From contig CM000432.1 in assembly GCA_000165345.1 (NCBI GenBank), positions 928,001 through 992,000 on the forward strand: a DNA stretch of 64,000 nucleotides, written 5' to 3'. The position numbers were made by a program, and so were the translations under genes. A model generated the notes under the pieces. That model saw only the letters and a list, made by a program, of their open reading frames with translations, did no database searches and was not told the origin of the DNA. Position 1 is the stretch's first letter, and every line of letters begins with the position of its first letter. Shown here one piece after another: positions 1-10,700 of the stretch.

Positions 1-196
1 TCTGGTCAAAATTTTGTATTATATTTTCACTATTATTCTTTAACTTATGATAAACCAGTTTACTATGAAATTCATCTTCAATTTCTGATTTAACTCCAGC
101 TTGTTTGGAATTTTCTACGGTATCACAATATTCTGAAACTATTATAAGTTGTTCTTTTGATACTAATTCATCGTCAATTTTTGACTCACCAATCAT
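1..196 (-). CDS. 5' end of a gene that runs out of the left edge of the window (N-terminal ~65 aa, MIGESKIDDELVSKEQLIIVSEYCDTVENSKQAG...)
   Basis: Minus-strand ATG at 196..194, open frame to the window edge, non-repetitive coding-like composition. Not in the ORF track because it is incomplete. Function not recognised. Confidence 0.35.
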   Translation of the reverse strand, partial: MIGESKIDDELVSKEQLIIVSEYCDTVENSKQAGVKSEIEDEFHSKLVYHKLKNNSENIIQNFDQ

Positions 197-939
197 TTTC
201 TTCTAATTTTATTTATTAATAATTTGAAGGACCAATTTCGGTATGATTTTTTATTCACCAAAACTTTAAATAGTTAATTATTACTATGTTTATAATTAAT
301 TATGGTAATAATCTTAGAAAACTCAAAAATCTCGTCAATTTTAATTTCATAATAATTTAGATTAAATATATATTGATATATATTTATTTAAAAACTTAAT
401 ATTTGAACCCAAAAATCTTGGATTTGTTGATAAAAAAAAATTATTTAGTTAACTCAAATTGTTCTGCTAATATTTGATAAAGAAAATCTGTTTAAAAGAA
501 AAATGATTTATTATATTATACACTTTAATTCCTTTGCTCTCTTTTTATTTAAACTCAAGCTCTCTTATTCTTAGCCAACTTACGATAAACCTTCCATAGA
601 AAAAAAAATGTAAATTTCTGTTCCAATATATAATATCTTGATTAATTTAATTTCTCTATTATATATATTTATATGATTTTTTTTTTCCTCAAATTATCCA
701 CAATTATCTACAGTCTCCTTTACCTTTACCACTGGAAATTGAATCCCTAGTTAGAAGAATTTACTAACTTTTTTTTATTTATTACTTTCTCCTCTTTACT
801 TCCTCCTTCACCAAATTAAAATTTAAACTTTAATGTTTTTCTTCACCCTTTAAAAGTCTTTTTTCCTATTCTAACTATTGCCACCGGTATACTGACCACA
901 TGCAAAACTTTGTTTTTTTCATGCACTGAGCGCCAACTC

Positions 940-1024
940 TTCCCGCCCAATTGCATGCAAAAATTTGTAGTAAGTGGCAAATTTATGCATGCAAGGTGAA
1001 GAATAATCTACTGCTTGGCGCCAA
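940..1024. promoter_or_regulatory. Cluster of E2F-like sites (TTCCCGCCCAA at 940..950, TTGGCGCCAA at 1015..1024) and GCATGC motifs (954..959, 987..992)
   Basis: Motifs read directly. GGCGCCA/CCCGCC E2F-type elements and GCATGC elements are over-represented upstream of Cryptosporidium genes (established knowledge). The target is probably the minus-strand gene starting at 196. Confidence 0.4.
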
Positions 1025-1577
1025 CGTAAATCTCAAAAAAAAAATTAGCATCTAAAATATGAAGGGAGGCGGTGGGTCTTGAGAAATAGAAAAAAGGTCA
1101 AGGAGCGATAATACTTGGTTATTTTTACTCAAGAAAAAATAAGTGGGGAATATAAATAAAAACTTATGAAGATATTAATTATACAACTAGGGTAGTAAGA
1201 CTATTCAAATACTAACAAAGTTTTAATCTCTTCTCCGCTCAATATAGAGAATATCTACGTAAAATCAATTCACCAATTTGTAGTTGAGTCTGGGCTTATT
1301 AATTACTATATACCATTTTATTTAATATAATTCGTTTACTAAAAAAAAATAGTTTTTTCCAAAAAATTTTTTTTCAAATATATTCATAGGTGCTTTGTTT
1401 ACATTACGTGTCAAAAAATATTTGCATTCGGCTTCATTGCATGCAAAATTGCATGTAAAGCACAATTGTGTTATTCTCCATTTTAGGTGAAATAAAAATT
1501 AAAAATATGATTTCAGGAAACTCTAGGAATTCTTGTTAAATAAGCTATTTAAATTATATTAATTAATTAATTAATGC

Positions 1578-4500
1578 TTAGTAATAATCAAAGTGTAGAA
1601 AAGCATCATGCCTTTTTGCTGATAAAATAGCAACTTCTCTTCTAAGAAATAAGTGGAAAAGTTTGTTATGATAATATGTGTGAAGAATTGAGTTGATTGA
1701 GGAAGAAATACTCTTGGTAATCAAGTTTGTGAGTAGAATAATTATTAATATTAAAGAAATCAATGCCAAAAGCGATATAACAAATGTAAATAAAGTAAAG
1801 AATAGCTGGGATCGAAAAATTAATTGTATCTGCCCTTTTACAATAAAGAAGTGAAGAGCAAAGAAAACCAAGAAGAAGAAATAAGCTGATTTAAAGTATT
1901 TATTGTAAAGGGTGAGCTGAAGAAAGCCATTGTTTCTTGAAATAACATAATTCCAAATTGTTATAAAGAATGTAAGCTCTCTTAATATCAAAGTCTCATT
2001 TATATTTGTAAGCTTACGCTTTTTTCTACGTTTTAAGAGATTATTAATTATATATAAAAAAATACGAAACCTTTGTATAATTAATACCCATAAAAATCCA
2101 AGAGGATTGAGAAATGACCATACAAGAAGAGCAAAATGTGAAGCCAATATTACTTCAAAGAATACTGTAATTATTGTTGATTCTGAAAATCTAATCCATT
2201 TTTCCGGGTATCGAAGAAAGTTAAAGTATAGATTCTTCTTATCAATGTAAGAAAGCGTGTAAAAGGAGAGAGTAATCAACATACAAATTAACCATTGAAT
2301 TATATACCAAATTCTACAATCATTTGGTCTTATGAACTCGGCTTGACAAATTGCAAGAATGTGGCGTTCAATTCTAGAATTCTGCAAATGAAAACTCTGA
2401 ATTTGGCTTGGAAAATTACTCAAAATTGGAGAATATTCCCCTGGGCTTACATTATTCTGGTAACTTATAGGGCTATTATTTGAGTTGGTTATCTGTGAGA
2501 CTGAATTGTTACTATTGTTCTTATTGCTTATTCCCATACTTGCACATAAATTACTGTTCGATGCAATCCCTCCATTATTTACATTAAAAAGAAAGTGCTC
2601 ATCTGAGAGAGTCATACAAGAATTCATTGCCTCAAATGGATTTTGAGAAAACATTGTATTACTATTTGGAGAGTTACTGCTTGAAACAAGATCTATGTCG
2701 TAAATCATATTAAGATTATTACTTTGAGCAATGTTCTGGGATTGAAGCAATCCAGAATGTTTAGTACACATCCAAATTGAGTAATATTCATAAAAAACAT
2801 CCTTCAAAGTCCAATACTTATGAGATGGAAGTTTTTTGTACCAGAACTTTTCATTTATTAATTCAATAATATTTTGGCTAGGTTCAATTTCGTTAAATTG
2901 GTTCATCGGGCTATTGGATTGTAAAGGAGAGTTGTTCATATGAGAATGAATTAACCTGGAAGCTGGAGTTAATAGAGAGTCTGAATATTTATCCAAAATA
3001 TGTACGATCTTTTCATTATACATTGGTGAAACATTTGATGAATCCTGATTGGCATTTAATGATGACGAAAAGCTTATCATATTCTCAGAATTTGTTTCAT
3101 TAAGTTCCAACCCTTCGCCTTGAAATTCATTATCTGGACTTAATAAGCTTAAAAGATCAACACTTGATGGAACAAAAAGATGGAACAATCGATCTCTCTC
3201 GCGAATTGAAATGGTTGCAAGAGATAAAGAAGCGTTTGAAATTGCTGATAGTAAAGAAAGGTAAACTGAAACAATCATTAAATCAATACTCTTGCATAAA
3301 ATAATCCAATACATTGATATGAATAAAATAACTAGACGAATTAATCCAAAAAAAATAAAAGTATTGGTTTTTCTCTGAATCTCTGTGTCTTTGCAATTAA
3401 AGAGCCTTCTGATTCTAAAGAAAATATCTTCAAAAGCATCATAACCAACAAGAGTACATTTCAGTCCAAAAATTAATGCTCTTAAATATGATTTTGATTT
3501 TATTGGAAGGTTATTAGCAAGTAAGAATGTTGGAGAAATCTGTTTTCTTGTACTCAGAAATGATGAAAGCCCTATCATAAAAAGAACATATTTTGACAAG
3601 ATCCAGTTTAATATGAACTTAAAAGGAGCCAATATAAACAATTCTTTTCTCTTCATTATTGAGTTTCGATTTTGGACATTGCTTTGTTCAGCATCACTTA
3701 TATCATTATGTCTGAAGAAATTGCGATTATTACTATTCACTCTTTCGCTTTTACAGCTATTACTGGTATTAATAGTACTATGGACATTTGAATTATCATT
3801 GGCATGAAAGTTCTGGCACTTCTTTCTTTTTAATGAATTTTTGTTTTCTTCTAATAAAGAATTAAGAGAAGATGACGATTTATCACCCTTGGAAGAATTA
3901 TATAAGGGGTTAGTGGTTTTATATTGTTGATAACCAATTAAAGAACCATCAACTGAATCATCAAAAGATTTAATAGAATTATCAGTGTTAGCTCTATCCA
4001 TATTGTTTCTTATATATCTTTTCTTATAAGATGAAGGAGTATCACTTACAATTAATACTGTTAATAAAATCATAATAGCACTTGCAAGAGTTATTATAAT
4101 AATAGCAACAATCTTATTATCAATTGACTGGCTTGATTTAAAAGAAGGATGGCTTATTATAGCTTCTGAAATAACGCTCCTTTTCACGACAAAGTTGTAG
4201 AATGGCTTGGTATCTTCGCTGATTTGATGTTTTCTAAGTACAAACTTTAAAATAGATGGAGAAAAACCTAAATTTTGAAGAACAAATAAAGATAGAGGTT
4301 GAGGTAATTTTGCAGATCTTGGCATTCTTGATCTTAAAAGGAAATCCATAGTTTTACTAAGATGATTTTCCATAACAATTCCATTAGAAAGAAGATCCAT
4401 ACTATCCCAGGTTGAAAACAAAAGCAAATCTACAAATCTTGGAGTACTAACATCACATGTATAATTCAACAAGGACTTTGTGGAAAATTCAAGAGGAGAG

Positions 4501-6788
4501 ATATTATTGATTCGTGTTTCATACGTATGACTTGGAAAAGGAAGGGGAAATGATTCATCGTAAATGCTCCTCTTGAATTGATCGTTGGGATACTTATTAT
4601 TAAGATCAGAAATACGATGTTTCACTGTCGTTTGGGATTTCGGAGTATGTTTTCGGGATTCCATTTTAAGCTTCGAATTAAACAGCTTCTTATTAGAATA
4701 AGACAACTTTGGTAAAAAAACTGAAATCACATATTGTAAAAGTTTAACAGCAATAGCCTCTTCAGACTGCTTACAGTAGTCGAGCTCAACTAAAATATCA
4801 TTAAAAGCTTTCGGTCTATTCTTTAAAAGAGTGAAAAGAGCAAGATCTACACCTTTTTGATAGATAGAATTGGAGTCAGTTGGCTGATGTTGTTTCAGAG
4901 CCAGTTTGAGAGCACCGTGATATGCTTTAGTACAGAGATGTTTGTATTTGGAAAGGCTATTGGTTGTAGTTTGCTCAATACATTGGTTGAACAAATTTGT
5001 GAAAAATATCGTCAATAAATTATTTCCACGAAGAATGCTAATACTAAGGGAATTGGATTCCTCTAAAGAATTTGTCTCACCAATAACTAATAGAGGATAA
5101 AGGAATGGATTCAGTATTTTGTTTCTGGAAAGTTCTTCCAGATTTTCAGTTTTTAATTTGACATCTCTTTTAAAGACCATAGAAATAATCTTTGAAGTTA
5201 ATAGTAAGACAGACTGTTCAAGCTGGTCTTTTTCATTATTGCCTTGGCTAACCAAATTACTATTAATTAAAGTGAAAATATTTGCTTTAATCATTTCACT
5301 GAATCTCTTCATTATTTCACTCTTCTTGATCAAAATCATCATTTGAGTAACACTTTGGAAATTGGAATTAGGTTTATACATTGGAACACCAAACATAACC
5401 TTTGTGAGAGTTTCAATACTTCGATCAGAGTACAGTGCTTGAATCAGAAAAGATCTATTTGAATGTGGATCAACCATAAATAGAAGAACGAATATATTCA
5501 TCAAAACAATATTTGGAGTATTTTTTGACATTAAAGAAGTTCCTTTGAACATTAAATCCATGAACCTTCTTCTAAAAGAAAATCCATATGGTTGTTCTTC
5601 GCTATATAGGCGAGAAATTAAAAGTTCAATTGGCATAATTTGATTATTCCCAGTTTTATGGGGATTACATATATGCCCTTCTGGTAATTTTCTTGCTTGG
5701 ATATAGAATTCTAATAATCTGAAGATTAATTTGGGATAATGCAGTTTACATGCCCACCAGAGAATAGTTAGACCATTTTGATCAGTGGAAGAGCATATTA
5801 CTACATTTTCAAGTGAAATTTCAATCTCGAGTAATTCTAAGAGTATTTGTTCTCTGATGTAGTACTTAATTCCCAATAAAAGTCTTCTAGCAGCAGAATG
5901 ATGGTATTCTGGAATATTCTTTCTAATATCAAACTCTTCAAGCGAATATCTTTTTGAACTAATCAATATTGGAAGAATATCAATTCTATTTTCAAGAACT
6001 GCCAAAGTGACAGGATCAAAGCCAGCATAATTTCTAATCCAAGGAAAAGCTCCAAAAGATAATAGAGCGCTAACAGCTTCTTTGAAATTCACCATTAATG
6101 CATGTATGAGTGGAGTGTTTCCTAGAATATCTCTAAAATTGGGATTTGCTCCTTTTTCAAGCAAGTAATTTACCAATCCTATATCAAGTTGGCTGATTGC
6201 ATAAAACAAGGGAGTTCTTCCATCGGAATCAGTACAATCTAGGTGAGCTTTTCCTTTTTCTATTAATAATCGAACAACTTCTTTGTGTTGATTCTTGCAA
6301 GCTAGAAGAAGTGGGGTGAATCCATATTCACTATAAAGGTCAACAGAAGCTCCTAAAGAAAGAAGGTGGGATACAAAAAAATAGCCAATTTCTCCAGAAA
6401 TTTTGCATGCTGCAGTCAAGGCGGTTTCTGAGTGTTTACTTTTTCCAAATTTATAACCAATTCTTGAAAGAAAGCTGGAAATATTGATAAATCTTCCAAT
6501 ATCTCGTGCAATTATTGATTCTAAGAGTTGTACTGGGGCAGATAAACGATCACCGGAATATCTTGTGAGTATAGATTTGGAATTTTCCATACTTTCCTCA
6601 AATTTTGACCAACTACTCATTGAATAGTATTCCGATTCCGTGATTTTACTACTTTCAGAAATTTTATATCCATATTTTCTTTTCGTTTTTGGACTAACTA
6701 TTTTTCCAGTAAATATTATTAAAATGATAATTAAAGTAAATCCAATGATTCTTGAGAATTTGGAATAAATTCGAATATGATGATTCAT
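1578..6788 (-). CDS. Giant ankyrin-repeat multi-pass membrane protein, paralog A (1736 aa)
   Basis: ATG confirmed at 6788. N-terminal signal-anchor (FTLIIILIIFTG), about 5 ankyrin repeats (GFTPLLLACKNQHKEVVRLLIEKGA...DGRTPLFYAIS...GNTPLIHAL), a TM at about aa 1010 (IVAIIIITLASAIMILLTVLIV) and a cluster of C-terminal TM helices. Clear paralogy with the next gene, e.g. VVICSSTDQNGLTILWWAC..LLEFYIQARKL..CNPH here versus AMICQVTDEEGRGAFWWSA..ILDFYSRAIRN..CNPH there. Confidence 0.7.
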   Translation of the reverse strand: MNHHIRIYSKFSRIIGFTLIIILIIFTGKIVSPKTKRKYGYKISESSKITESEYYSMSSWSKFEESMENSKSILTRYSGDRLSAPVQLLESIIARDIGRFINISSFLSRIGYKFGKSKHSETALTAACKISGEIGYFFVSHLLSLGASVDLYSEYGFTPLLLACKNQHKEVVRLLIEKGKAHLDCTDSDGRTPLFYAISQLDIGLVNYLLEKGANPNFRDILGNTPLIHALMVNFKEAVSALLSFGAFPWIRNYAGFDPVTLAVLENRIDILPILISSKRYSLEEFDIRKNIPEYHHSAARRLLLGIKYYIREQILLELLEIEISLENVVICSSTDQNGLTILWWACKLHYPKLIFRLLEFYIQARKLPEGHICNPHKTGNNQIMPIELLISRLYSEEQPYGFSFRRRFMDLMFKGTSLMSKNTPNIVLMNIFVLLFMVDPHSNRSFLIQALYSDRSIETLTKVMFGVPMYKPNSNFQSVTQMMILIKKSEIMKRFSEMIKANIFTLINSNLVSQGNNEKDQLEQSVLLLTSKIISMVFKRDVKLKTENLEELSRNKILNPFLYPLLVIGETNSLEESNSLSISILRGNNLLTIFFTNLFNQCIEQTTTNSLSKYKHLCTKAYHGALKLALKQHQPTDSNSIYQKGVDLALFTLLKNRPKAFNDILVELDYCKQSEEAIAVKLLQYVISVFLPKLSYSNKKLFNSKLKMESRKHTPKSQTTVKHRISDLNNKYPNDQFKRSIYDESFPLPFPSHTYETRINNISPLEFSTKSLLNYTCDVSTPRFVDLLLFSTWDSMDLLSNGIVMENHLSKTMDFLLRSRMPRSAKLPQPLSLFVLQNLGFSPSILKFVLRKHQISEDTKPFYNFVVKRSVISEAIISHPSFKSSQSIDNKIVAIIIITLASAIMILLTVLIVSDTPSSYKKRYIRNNMDRANTDNSIKSFDDSVDGSLIGYQQYKTTNPLYNSSKGDKSSSSLNSLLEENKNSLKRKKCQNFHANDNSNVHSTINTSNSCKSERVNSNNRNFFRHNDISDAEQSNVQNRNSIMKRKELFILAPFKFILNWILSKYVLFMIGLSSFLSTRKQISPTFLLANNLPIKSKSYLRALIFGLKCTLVGYDAFEDIFFRIRRLFNCKDTEIQRKTNTFIFFGLIRLVILFISMYWIILCKSIDLMIVSVYLSLLSAISNASLSLATISIRERDRLFHLFVPSSVDLLSLLSPDNEFQGEGLELNETNSENMISFSSSLNANQDSSNVSPMYNEKIVHILDKYSDSLLTPASRLIHSHMNNSPLQSNSPMNQFNEIEPSQNIIELINEKFWYKKLPSHKYWTLKDVFYEYYSIWMCTKHSGLLQSQNIAQSNNLNMIYDIDLVSSSNSPNSNTMFSQNPFEAMNSCMTLSDEHFLFNVNNGGIASNSNLCASMGISNKNNSNNSVSQITNSNNSPISYQNNVSPGEYSPILSNFPSQIQSFHLQNSRIERHILAICQAEFIRPNDCRIWYIIQWLICMLITLSFYTLSYIDKKNLYFNFLRYPEKWIRFSESTIITVFFEVILASHFALLVWSFLNPLGFLWVLIIQRFRIFLYIINNLLKRRKKRKLTNINETLILRELTFFITIWNYVISRNNGFLQLTLYNKYFKSAYFFFLVFFALHFFIVKGQIQLIFRSQLFFTLFTFVISLLALISLILIIILLTNLITKSISSSINSILHTYYHNKLFHLFLRREVAILSAKRHDAFLHFDYY

Positions 6789-7388
6789 TATTGCAAGTGA
6801 GAGAAGAAGAGCAATATTGAAAAGAAAGGAATTTGAATATGAATTTAAATGGCTTGGGTATCAGTTAAATATTAATAAAGTTAGTATTCCAATTAAAATA
6901 TAACCCAAATACATTTGTATTTTAATTAAAATATTAAATATAATCTAATTAATTAATTCAAATATAAATATTTACATCATGCATGCACCAGAAATACTTG
7001 AAGATTCATCATAAGACTTACAAAAAAGTCAAATCTTTTAAATATATGAATTAGCTTTGCTTTATATTAATCAATAATGGGCAGTTATGAATGTTCAACA
7101 ATGATTTTGGAATTGATCATTCAATTAAGAAATTTCTTCATTTACTTTTTCCAAAGCATAAATATCAAATATGGTGGCAAATTGAATGATAATTTATCCA
7201 GTATTATGAAAATGAACTTTTGAGAAGCAACTCTTTATTGTAAATAAGACAAAATATATTTTTATAAATGAACAAAAATAACTTCCAATAGTAAATTAAT
7301 TATCGTCCAAGCAAGAAGTTAATTTTGTGATTACTATATATAAATGTAATTATATAGTAAACTCTATTTATATAAATAAATAAATAAA

Positions 7389-7411
7389 TATATATATATA
7401 TATATATATAT
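7389..7411. repeat. (TA)n microsatellite in the intergenic region
   Basis: tatatatatatatatatatata read directly. Confidence 0.9.
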
Positions 7412-7565
7412 TCGTATTTGTGTATAAATATAAATATATATTTATAAATGTAAATGTATATAAATATGTATGTATATACACATTGATATTTATTTATTTA
7501 TTTAGAAATTGACGTATTATTTAATGATTGAATATAAGAAAAATGTGGGTACTACTCAATTGAAA

Positions 7566-7617
7566 TGCGCGCCAAAAATTATAGTTAAACACACAAAATT
7601 GGGACGGAAATGCATGC
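7566..7617. promoter_or_regulatory. E2F-like TGCGCGCCAAAA (7566..7577) and GCATGC (7612..7617) upstream of paralog A
   Basis: Motifs read directly in the 5' intergenic region of the minus-strand gene 1578..6788. Confidence 0.35.
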
Positions 7618-7716
7618 AAAATCGAAAAAATAAAGGTACCGAAAAAAATAATAATAAATTTAAAAATTAATGATTTAAAAGTTTTAGTAAATTAATGATT
7701 GAAGTAAAACGTATAA

Positions 7717-10700
7717 TTAACTAAAGTTAACATTGATTAACAATACAAACATTAAAATTGACCCAAAAAGCAAAGGTAACTTTACTGGAGTATTCAGAAT
7801 ATAAAAGGGGGAAGTGAGGAATGGTAAAAGTCTCATTGTAGTTTCAACTGAATTCAGAAGATTTGAACATATTGGAAGAATATCATAAACGTCTGGTACC
7901 CATTGCCAAAATTCAATAGTTAATATATGTATTTCAACCATAATATGCATTATATATAATAATGAAGCAGAAAGTAGTAGTGTTGAAATTGGAACAACAT
8001 TCCATAGTCTTATGGTTTTTATTGGCAGAGAATTAATTTCAACATAGCAGTAAACCAATACAAAAGAGATAGTTACAATTGCCAAAACATCTCTGAAAAG
8101 GTCAATAGGCTTCCAAAAATATTTGCATATTCTATGGGAAGTTCTTCTTGAATCAGCCCAAATAAAGAAAGGATATATTTGTGCTTCAAGGACTTGGTAG
8201 TATGAAGTTTCAGAATTACTTTCAATATTGCATAGATTAGCCTTGGAATAATTAATTTCGAAATGTTCAAAGTCTTGGTACTGAATTTCTGTGGAATAAT
8301 GATTTAATTTAAGGAAATTACTGAGCCTAATTTCTGGGCTCTTACTATTAATGGAATTCACAGGGGTTGTAGAGTTAGAAGGTTGAAGTAAATTTAAAGT
8401 ATTTTGAGGTGGATTTAATGAAAAACTATCAGTTACTTGAGTTGTCTTATTATTCCCAGTTTGAATATTCGCATTTGAGATTTCCAAAGGTCCACCATAT
8501 GCAATTTCTCCTACACTTTGCAATCTAATATTGGGATTACTCTGAGTTTTAAGTGAGTTATTTGAAGAATTCTTGGTTAAATACGCACTTGGTGAATTAT
8601 TTCCATTTGAACTTAATATAGAGTTCTTATCATCAATTATAAAAGACTTATTTGTAGATTTTTTATCTCTTGATTGTTTTTTTTCTCCTGAAAATAATGG
8701 AGTACCAATTGAATTGGCTCTGCTCACTTCCTTTGATGAGTAAGATTGAGAAATTAAAATTTTGCTATTTTTAGCATTTGGAAGTAAAATACTTAAAGGA
8801 GTTGAGAGAGCAGAATTAAAGATACTTGAGAGTGAATGGAAATGATATAAAGCAAGAATTACTGATATGATTGGGGAAGAAATCATTGAAAGTAATTGCC
8901 AATAGTATATAAATGCTGTAAAATGGAGAAATGAAACTGTTAATGGGTAAAATCTTGTAAATTGGAAAAGATGAGGATATTGGAATTGATAAAGCTTTCT
9001 ACATGAGTTTATATTACCAAATATAAATGTTAAATCTGCAGAGCTATATTTCCAGTCTCTAGAAATTGAAAATTCTGGACTACTATAACAATTAAAAGGT
9101 AACTTCATGGTAATTAGAAATGAAAATATGAGACAAATAACTTGAACAATAAATAATAAACGGTAACATTTGAAAGTTTTTTCAACATTATTATAACATA
9201 ATTTTGAAATTTCCAAAAATCCAATTTCTGGAATCTCTGTATAAGTATTTTCTGGAGAAAGATTATTCCTGGAAACTAGAAGCTTTTTAATTTGCTTTGA
9301 AGATATATCTTTCATATCAGTTGTTTGAGAAAGCGTGGCATTTCTAAGATTACTATGAAGATAAATTGCTCTCTTTGCTGTTTTAATTACTTGAGCATTT
9401 GTTTGTTCATAAAGAATCATAATTTCTGGTAATAATAAACTATTATTACATTTAAAACAAGAATTCAATTGGTCATACATATTCTCATCAATTCTAAATC
9501 CATGAAAAGTATAAATGATGATTGCTATACAAGTTAGTAATACAAAGCATACGATTTCTTCGTAAATTTGAGAAATTACAATCCATATAAAGAATGTAAG
9601 AATTGAAATTAGCTTTATAAAATTAAAGGCTTTTGAGAATTTGATAATAAGTGAAATAAGTGAATATTGGAATGACTCATAGAGATTTTCGTGATTACTT
9701 CTATACTTTCTCACTGGGAATTCTGAAACTTTATTAATTAAAAAACAAGCTTTAATGGAATTTAAAAGTCCTAACTTAATATTATTTTTTGAAGGAAATG
9801 GGATATTTAGCATAAAAACCAAGCCAAAATCCATTGTAAAATTACATCCCAAATCAGACAATACAGTTTCTTGGTTTATTTGACTTGAATATTTTATCAG
9901 CTTATTCTTAGCTGGATTACAAATCGAATAAAAACTTAAATTTGAATTGCAGTATATGGAAAAAAGTGTCAAAGCTGTAACGAAGCAAAGGATTACAAAT
10001 ACTATATCAGATTTTGTTAGCTTATTTTCCCAAGGAAGATTGGATATTTCTCTTAATTTCTCTATTAAACTCAGCTTGATTGGACAACCTTCATTAGTTT
10101 TACTTGTTCCGAAACTTTCAATAAACTCCATTTGGCCTTTCTCATTCTCAACATTATACATATTATCGTAATTATTATTGGAATTCCAAAAATGATAATT
10201 TTCGCTCTCCGAATTACCAAAATCTTCTTTAAACCCAAAAATATTCTTTTTATCATCAATTCCTACTGAAGAACCCAAATTATCCTCATCTATAGTATCT
10301 TTTTTATTTGAAGAAAAATTCATCTCCCAGTACCCACTCTTTGAATAATAATGTCTAACATTACCACTTTGAGTACCATAATATAAACAATAACTTGGAA
10401 GTCCACCAAATAGTTCAAGAATACTTGAAGGTTTATAATCTATTAAAGCAAGTAAATTTAAGCTCTCCATCAACTGTTCAGCAGAAAATAATTTTACGAA
10501 TCTTGAGGACAAAAGTGCATGCAATACCGGTAATGTGTCTCTCTGACCTTTATATTTATATAAAATTGTGGCGGCCCTTTGCAGAGGGGAATATGCATGC
10601 TCATCAAATGGCGGGAAATCACTCGGAAGAGCATCCAATAAGGCTAGAACATGAATTGCATCTGATGGAGATTTATAACTAACTCTGGTAAGGATTTCTC

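Noticed and set aside
2295-5346. Short plus-strand ORFs (2295..2483, 3613..3807, 5119..5346) nested antisense inside the giant minus-strand gene
   Set aside because: 62-75 aa, low-complexity, entirely within a long well-supported CDS on the opposite strand. Typical antisense noise in an AT-rich genome.
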